Assembly (NCBI GenBank): GCA_900234795.1
Contig: LT962688.1
Span: 1,290,001 to 1,322,000 of the forward strand
Direction of reading: 5' to 3'
Length of the DNA stretch: 32,000 nucleotides
From: Methylorubrum extorquens
GTDB lineage: Bacteria; Pseudomonadota; Alphaproteobacteria; Rhizobiales; Beijerinckiaceae
Shown here: positions 26,519 to 32,000 of the stretch, in pieces
Layout: each line of letters opens with the position of its first letter
How positions within the stretch are numbered: the stretch's first letter is position 1
The notes under the pieces: generated by a model
Told to the model about the DNA's origin: nothing
What the model saw: the letters and a program-made list of their open reading frames with translations, nothing else
Databases searched by the model: none
Position numbers and translations under genes: made by a program

Positions 26519-27859
26519 TTAGCCCTTCTCGAACGGGTTCTTCGTGGTGCGCAGGGACAGCCGGATCGGCGTTCCGGGCAGGTCGAAGGCTTCGCGCAGG
26601 CCGTTGACGAGGTAACGGGTGTAGGATTTCGGCAGGGCGTCGAGCTGATTGCCGAACAGGGCGAAGTGCGGCGGGCGGCTCTTCACCTGGGTCGCGTAGC
26701 GGATCTTGATGCGCCGGCCGGAGACCGCGGGCGGCGGGTTGCGCTGGAGCGCGTCGGTGAGCCACGCATTGATCCGCGCCGTCGAGACGCGACGGCTCCA
26801 CACCTCGGAGGCATCGACCACAGCCTGCATCAGCTTGTCGATGCCGTCGCCGGCGAGCCCCGAGAGCGACACCACCGAGACGCCGCGCACCTGCGGCAGC
26901 AGGCGGGTGCAGTCTTCCCGGAGGGTCTTGAGCAGGCCCGGCTGGTCGGCGACGAGATCCCACTTGTTGAGGCCGATCACCACCGCGCGGCCCTCGCTCT
27001 CGACGAGATCGACGATGGTGAGATCCTGCTTCTCGAACGGGATCGTCGCGTCGAGGAGCACGACCACGACCTCGGCGAAGCGCACGGCGCGCAAGCCGTC
27101 CGAGACCGCGAGCTTTTCGAGCTTGTCGTCGATGCGCGCCCGGCGGCGCATGCCGGCGGTGTCGTGCAGCTTGATCCGGCGCCCGCGCCACTCCCAATCG
27201 AGGGAGATCGAATCGCGGGTGATGCCGGCCTCGGGGCCGACCAGCAGGCGGTCCTCGCCGATCATCCGGTTGATCAGGGTGGACTTGCCGGCATTCGGGC
27301 GCCCGACGATGGCGACGCGCAGGCCCTTGCCGCCCTCCCCGTCCTCGTCCTCCTCGTCGGGTTCGGGCAGAACCTCACGCAGGGCATCCTGCAGCGAGCC
27401 CAGTCCCTCGCCGTGCTCGGCCGAGAACGGGATCGGATCGCCGAGCCCCAGCGAGAACGCGTCGTAGGCGCCGGCCATGCCAGCGCCGCCCTCGGCCTTG
27501 TTGGCGATGAGGATGACGGGGCAGCCGGAGCGGCGCACCAGCTCGGCAAAGGGCCGGTCGGACGGCAGGACGCCGGCGCGGGCGTCGATGACGAACAGCA
27601 CCGCGTCGGCTTCGAGAATGGCGGCCTCGGTCTGGGCGCGCATGCGGCCGAGCAGCGAGTCGGCGTCCGCCTCTTCGAGGCCCGCGGTGTCGATGACGCG
27701 GAAGGCGACGTCGCCGATGAAGCCCTCGCCCTCGCGGCGGTCGCGGGTCACGCCGGGGCGGTCATCCACCAGGGCGAGCTTGCGCCCGACCAGCCGGTTG
27801 AACAGGGTCGACTTGCCGACATTCGGGCGTCCGACGATCGCGACGGTCGGCAGATCCAT
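26519..27859 (-). CDS. der: Ribosome-biogenesis GTPase Der (EngA)
   Basis: Two tandem G-domains ([18 protein letters not shown] and [22 protein letters not shown] twice, NKAE/NKWD) plus a KH-like C-terminus. Confidence 0.95.
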   Translation of the reverse strand: MDLPTVAIVGRPNVGKSTLFNRLVGRKLALVDDRPGVTRDRREGEGFIGDVAFRVIDTAGLEEADADSLLGRMRAQTEAAILEADAVLFVIDARAGVLPSDRPFAELVRRSGCPVILIANKAEGGAGMAGAYDAFSLGLGDPIPFSAEHGEGLGSLQDALREVLPEPDEEDEDGEGGKGLRVAIVGRPNAGKSTLINRMIGEDRLLVGPEAGITRDSISLDWEWRGRRIKLHDTAGMRRRARIDDKLEKLAVSDGLRAVRFAEVVVVLLDATIPFEKQDLTIVDLVESEGRAVVIGLNKWDLVADQPGLLKTLREDCTRLLPQVRGVSVVSLSGLAGDGIDKLMQAVVDASEVWSRRVSTARINAWLTDALQRNPPPAVSGRRIKIRYATQVKSRPPHFALFGNQLDALPKSYTRYLVNGLREAFDLPGTPIRLSLRTTKNPFEKG

Positions 27860-27945
27860 GGGAAATAACAGTCTCGTCAGGCGCGCGGGCAAGGGAGCCC
27901 GACGCGCAACATCCAGTTCGAAGATAGGCGGTTCCGGCCGCGCCG

Positions 27946-28656
27946 TCAGCGGGTGATCGGCGGCGGCGCGGCATTCTCGGGCTTGGCTTCCGTCACGGTG
28001 ACGGCGCCACCGGCCACAAGCGCTTGGTAGATCTCGACCCGCTGACGCAGGCCCTGGGGCGTCTCGCCGTCGGCGCTGATCTGGTCGAACCAGCGGCCGG
28101 CGCCCTCGATGTCGCCGCGCTTGAGCGCCGTCAGGCCGAGCATCTCGCGGGCTGTGTGACGGAAGGCGTTGGTCGGCGCAGCAAGCCCCTGGAGGCTGGT
28201 CAGCGCCGCGTTCGGATCGGTGCCGTCGAGGCGCAGCAGCGCCGCGCGCAGGCGGGCGAGGTCGCGCAGGGCATCGCCGATGCCGGTGTCGGCGGCGAGC
28301 TTGTCGTAGGCGTCCGCTCCGGCGGCCGCATCGCGCTTGGTCGCCTCGGCGGCGAGGCGGAAGCGGGCAAGCAGGGCGTAGCCCCCCGGCCCGTCGGCTT
28401 GGATCGCGGCGAAGTCGCGGTCCGCCTCCTCCGCCTTGCCATCCTTGGCGAGGCGGTTGGCCTTGTCGAAACGCACGGAGGCCGCCTCGGCGCGGGTGCG
28501 CTCGGCATGGCGCCAGTAATTGTAGCCGCCGACGCCGGCCACGAGGAGGACCGCCAGAGTGATGATCAGCGCGTTGTAGCGCTTCCAGATGTTGGCGATC
28601 TGGTCGCGGCGGTAATCCTCGTCGACCTCGCGGATGAACTCGTTGTTCTCGGCCAT
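27946..28656 (-). CDS. YfgM-like TPR membrane-anchored protein
   Basis: N-terminus [15 protein letters not shown] followed by a single TM ([17 protein letters not shown]) and TPR-like helices. It sits upstream of der, as yfgM does in other proteobacteria. Confidence 0.75.
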   Translation of the reverse strand: MAENNEFIREVDEDYRRDQIANIWKRYNALIITLAVLLVAGVGGYNYWRHAERTRAEAASVRFDKANRLAKDGKAEEADRDFAAIQADGPGGYALLARFRLAAEATKRDAAAGADAYDKLAADTGIGDALRDLARLRAALLRLDGTDPNAALTSLQGLAAPTNAFRHTAREMLGLTALKRGDIEGAGRWFDQISADGETPQGLRQRVEIYQALVAGGAVTVTEAKPENAAPPPITR

Positions 28657-28915
28657 GACAAATCCGGGCGCTCCTCGCGGAGCGCGCTCGCCTCGCTCGT
28701 CGTCGTATCGAGGGCGCCTAGCACAGCGCCCCCGCTTTGGCGAATAGGGGGCTCAAGTCCGTCAGGGCCATCGCTCGAAGCCGCTTGAGCGGTTTCGCGG
28801 CGCGAAGAGCGCCGCGCGGAGCGGGCTTTTCGGGGCTTGAGCCTCGGAAAGCATCGAGCGGAGCGACAGACTGAGATCGCGGAGGCGACCGCCGGCGCTT
28901 GCGGCCGGAGGCAAA

Positions 28916-28971
28916 CTAGAGCCGTATCCGACCTGATTGTATCAGGCCGGCGTCTCTAGGTCCTTGTTTTG
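28916..28971 (+). terminator. Orphan plus-strand intrinsic-terminator-like element
   Basis: Long interrupted stem CTAGAGCCG...CCTGAT-tgt-ATCAGG...CGGCGTCTCTAG (about 17 bp) followed by GTCCTTGTTTTG. No plus-strand gene lies upstream. Confidence 0.35.
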
Positions 28972-28973
28972 AC

Positions 28974-29047
28974 GCGCATTCTATCGACGAACCGGTTCCC
29001 ACTTCGTCGGAATGCGCTCTAGGGCGATCGCTTCGAGCGATCGCCCT
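28974..29047 (-). terminator. Two consecutive strong hairpins directly after the NnrU stop
   Basis: AGGGCGATCGC-ttcga-GCGATCGCCCT (29021-29047; 11 bp) and GCGCATTC-tat-CGACGAA-11 nt-TTCGTCG-GAATGCGC (28974-29017; 15 bp). Confidence 0.4.
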
Positions 29048-29048
29048 G

Positions 29049-29654
29049 TCAGGCCTGCCCCGGCCAGGCGGCGACGCCGATGAGCAGCGGGTGCAGGTAC
29101 TTGCCGAACACGAACCACGCCACGACGCCGACGACCACGGCGAGGGCGTCGTTGCGCCAGCCGGCCGGTGCGGCCTGCCCGCCATGCTGCTGCGCCACTT
29201 GGCCGGCCGTGAGCGCGCGGCGCTTGGCGCTGATGCGGGCGACCACCGCCCAGGCGAGGAAGGAGCCGAACAGCAGGATCGAGCCGAGATCGCCGTTGGC
29301 CAGCAGGTGGGCGGTCGCCCAGATCTTCACGGCCAGCAGCATCGGGTGCTTGAGCCGGGCGCGGAGATGGCCGGGAAGGTAGGTCGCCGCGAGGCTGATG
29401 AAGGCGAACAGCGTCAGCAGCACCGCGAGATGCCGGGTCCAGAGCGGCGGCGACCAGACCGGGATCATGCCCTCCTGCCGGTAGAGGCCGTAGCCATAGA
29501 CGGTCAGGATCAGGCCGAGCACCGAGAGCAGGGTGTAACCGAGCTTGAACCGGCCCTCGCCGATCCGGCCGATCACCTCCCCGCGCTTGGCCCGGGCCAT
29601 AGAGAAGGCGTGCGTGCCGAGAAACAGCACGAGGCCGAGGATCATAACCAGCAT
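29049..29654 (-). CDS. NnrU family membrane protein
   Basis: MLVMILGLVLFLGTHAFSM...RFKLGYTLLSVLGLILTVYGY...KHPMLLAVKIWATAHLLANGDLGSILLFGSFLAWAV is typical of NnrU. ATG 29654 was chosen over the basic leader in the ORF track. Confidence 0.8.
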   Translation of the reverse strand: MLVMILGLVLFLGTHAFSMARAKRGEVIGRIGEGRFKLGYTLLSVLGLILTVYGYGLYRQEGMIPVWSPPLWTRHLAVLLTLFAFISLAATYLPGHLRARLKHPMLLAVKIWATAHLLANGDLGSILLFGSFLAWAVVARISAKRRALTAGQVAQQHGGQAAPAGWRNDALAVVVGVVAWFVFGKYLHPLLIGVAAWPGQA

Positions 29655-29734
29655 GGGGGCAGCCTGTGGACGGCGCTCGCTCCGGCGGATGCGGACAAGC
29701 TCCCTGTAACGGTTCAAAACGCAATCTTTTCGCG

Positions 29735-30919
29735 ATGTCCAGACTGACTCGCCTCCTCGTCGCAGCGCTCGCGCTCTCCTGCGGCGCCGTGCCGCCGGCC
29801 CGCGCCGCCGCGGAGCCGCCGCTCTCGGCGCTGACCCTGACAGGACCGGAACGGACGCTGTTCTCCGCCACCCGCGACGCCTGCGACGGCGCCGACGTGC
29901 CCGATGCGCCCGCCCGCGCCTTCCGCGACGCGTCGGGTCAGATCGCCGTCTTCGGCCTGCACTACCGCAACCGGGCTCTGCGCGGCCCCGACTTCGAGCA
30001 CCTCACAATCGATTGCCGCGTGGTGCTCGATTCCGGCGAGAAGCCCGACCCGGCGCTCTACGACGACCGCTCGTGGATCACCGCCACCTGGACCGAGGAC
30101 GGCCCGAACGTCGCCGCCCTCCTCCACCACGAGTACCAGGCCAACGAGCATGAGGGCCGCTGCCGCTCCAAGGTGTACATGGAGTGCTGGTACAACACGG
30201 TCACCGCGGCCTTCTCCCGCGACGGGGGCTTGAGCTTCACCCGCACGGCGCCGCCCGCGGTGGTGGCGGGCGCGCCGTTCCGGCAGGAGGAGGGCCAGGG
30301 CCGGCACCGGGGCTTCTTCAACCCGTCCAACATCTTCGGCGAGGGGCGAACCCGCTACTTCCTCGCCTCGACCACGGGCTGGGACCGGCCCGGCAGCGAT
30401 CAGGCGGCGGGCGTCTGCCTGTTCCGTACGGAGCGGCCGGAGGATCCCACAAGCTGGCGCGCCTGGACCGGCACCGGCTTCACCGCCGCCTTTCCCGACC
30501 CCTACCGCAAGACGGCCAAGATCGCCGACACCTGCCGGCCGGTCGGGCCGTTTCCCGCCCCCGTCGGCGCGGTGGTGCGCCACCGCGGCACGGGGGCCTG
30601 GATCGCGGTGTTCATGGCGGCCAAGGGCGGCGTGTTTCCGGAATCGGGCTTCTACTGGAGCACGTCGCGCGACCTGCTGACCTGGGACGTGCCGCGACTG
30701 CTGCTCGCCGGAGCCACGCTCTACGACGATCCGTGCGGGGCCAAGCGCAGGCTGATCGCCTACCCGTCCCTGCTCGATCCGGGTGCCAAGGGCCGCAACT
30801 TCGACGATGTCGGCGAAGGCGCGCTCCTCACCTTCGCGACCCTGCGCCTTGAGGGCTGCACCATCACCTCCGACCGCGACCTCGTGCGCCGGCCGGTATC
30901 GATCAAGGTCTGGCCTTGA
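29735..30919 (+). CDS. Secreted Cys-containing hypothetical protein
   Basis: Signal peptide MSRLTRLLVAALALSCGAVPPARAAA. High GC3 and 8 cysteines in the mature part. I recognise no family with confidence. Confidence 0.7.
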   Translation: MSRLTRLLVAALALSCGAVPPARAAAEPPLSALTLTGPERTLFSATRDACDGADVPDAPARAFRDASGQIAVFGLHYRNRALRGPDFEHLTIDCRVVLDSGEKPDPALYDDRSWITATWTEDGPNVAALLHHEYQANEHEGRCRSKVYMECWYNTVTAAFSRDGGLSFTRTAPPAVVAGAPFRQEEGQGRHRGFFNPSNIFGEGRTRYFLASTTGWDRPGSDQAAGVCLFRTERPEDPTSWRAWTGTGFTAAFPDPYRKTAKIADTCRPVGPFPAPVGAVVRHRGTGAWIAVFMAAKGGVFPESGFYWSTSRDLLTWDVPRLLLAGATLYDDPCGAKRRLIAYPSLLDPGAKGRNFDDVGEGALLTFATLRLEGCTITSDRDLVRRPVSIKVWP

Positions 30920-30952
30920 GGCTTACGAGGCAACCGCCTCTCCCATCCTCCG

Positions 30953-31063
30953 CCTCATCCTGAGGCGCCCGCGTCAGCGAGCCTCGAAGGATCGTCCAGA
31001 TGCCGCGCGAGAACGGGAGGCTCCTTCGAGGGCGACGCTTCGCGCCGCCACCTCAGGATGAGG
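30953..31063. repeat. REP/MITE-like long inverted repeat between convergent genes
   Basis: Outer arms CCTCATCCTGAGG (30953-30965) / CCTCAGGATGAGG (31051-31063). Inner arms CCTCGAAGGA (30982-30991) / TCCTTCGAGG (31022-31031). Resembles palindromic intergenic repeats common in Rhizobiales genomes. Confidence 0.6.
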
Positions 31064-31105
31064 GCGAGGACGGGATCGGTCGTCGGCCAACCGCGTGCCG
31101 CCCCC

Positions 31106-32000
31106 TCAGCCGAGGCCGAGCGCCGCCTTCTCCTCGAGATAGGCCGCGTGCACCGCGTCCTTGCCGTAGGCCCGCTCCAGCCGGCGCACGGTGAAGTGGG
31201 CGCGGGCCATGGACTGGAAGTGGTCCATGAAGGCGGCGTTGACGGCAGCGCCCCCCGAGTGCCCCGATCACCGGCACGGCCTGGGCCGCGACCTTCTGCG
31301 AGACGACGAGGCCGAAGCGGGCGGCGATCTGCGCGGTGAGCCGCACCAGCGGCGGCGCGCCGGCATCGAGCAGCGAGCGGTGGGCGGCGTAGCGGGCGGC
31401 TTCCGACATGGTCTTGGCGAGTGCGGCGCGCACCGCGAAGTAGCCGCTATCGGCGACCGTCGTTTCGGCGCCGGCCCGTCCGCCGAGCGCGAAGACCTGC
31501 ACACAGGCGAGCGCGCTTTCGGGATCGCTCAGATCCTCGCCCTCTTCCCTGGCGATCTCGGCGATGGAGCGCAGCATGAGCGTCGTGGAGACCGGCAGCT
31601 CTACCGCCAGCGTCGCGAGGCCGAGCACGCCGCCGACCGCACCGGTCACCGCGGCGAGCGCCTTGTGGCGGGTTTCGCTCGACCCGAGCAGGCGGCTCAG
31701 GCGCCCGCCAGCCTCGGTTTCGATGCGCTCCAGCGCGGTGCCGGCGGGCTTCACGTCCTTGTCCGGCAGGGTCGCCAGCGCGACCCGAAGGGCCGTGCGC
31801 ATCGCGCCTTCCGTGGCGCTGGCCACCGTCTCGGTGATGGGCGCCGGCAGCGCGCGGCCGATCATGTCGAGGGGCGCGCCCGCGGCCGCCGAGAGCCGGG
31901 AGGCAAGCCCCGGCTTCTCCAATACGGTCACCGCGCGCCGCAGGACGGCGCGGTCCTCCTCCGACAAGGACTTTCCGGCCGGCGGGTCGATCGGAACCGG
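31106..32000 (-). pseudogene. EcsC family protein gene, frameshifted in a G6 run; 5' end may lie beyond the window
   Basis: The ORF-track frame is protein-like up to ...AAQAVPVIGALGG, then turns into Arg-rich junk. Shifting one nt at CCCCCC 31251-31256 gives GGAAVNAAFMDHFQSMARAHFTVRRLERAYGKDAVHAAYLEEKAALGLG, ending at TGA 31108-31106. The frame stays open upstream to the window edge, and the track start at 31967 is a TTG. Confidence 0.7.

Noticed and set aside
28657-28960. Small ORFs in the large intergenic region (e.g. 30 codons from ATG 28854 on the minus strand, and 30 codons from ATG 28655 on the plus strand)
   Set aside because: They have no SD, mediocre GC3 and Arg/Pro-rich translations. 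RNA structure explains the region better than coding does.
30783-31194. Two small plus-strand ORFs (92 aa and 64 aa) between the secreted protein gene and the EcsC gene
   Set aside because: They are generated by the REP-like palindrome and by the antisense of the EcsC 3' end. Their translations (LILRRPRQRASKD..., PPPQDEGEDG...) are typical artefacts of this repeat type.

Overview
Very GC-rich (about 70% by eye) chromosomal DNA that looks alphaproteobacterial, probably Rhizobiales or Methylobacteriaceae-like; that placement is an inference from protein families and a REP-like palindrome. Coding density is high and most of the window is housekeeping. Recognisable genes include an MCP, glpK, uvrB, mutM, der, a yfgM-like TPR protein, a hybrid PAS histidine kinase, a GST, a YbdK-type ligase and a TauE exporter. 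There are also small regulator/effector pairs: LysR with DoxX and a VOC protein, Rrf2 with an FAD oxidoreductase, and a wHTH regulator with a membrane protein. I found no rRNA, tRNA, CRISPR array, transposase or integrase. Many long ORFs in the six-frame track are antisense or read-through shadow ORFs typical of high-GC DNA, and I rejected them. I cannot demonstrate a clear novel system from sequence alone. The best candidate is a same-strand module at 4870-8986. It contains a BchE-like B12-binding radical SAM enzyme with no photosynthesis genes in this window. Next to it lie a full-length cis-prenyltransferase (UppS family) with none of the usual housekeeping neighbours, and an ankyrin-repeat protein. 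Other points worth a second look:
- a strongly structured 392-bp intergenic region with a plus-strand-oriented orphan terminator (possible sRNA)
- a low-GC islet carrying a small 3-TM protein
- an EcsC-family gene broken by a +1 frameshift in a G6 run
- an exact 15-bp duplication of an SD plus start codon
- two tandem-repeat tracts within and between overlapping genes
- several operator-like palindromes
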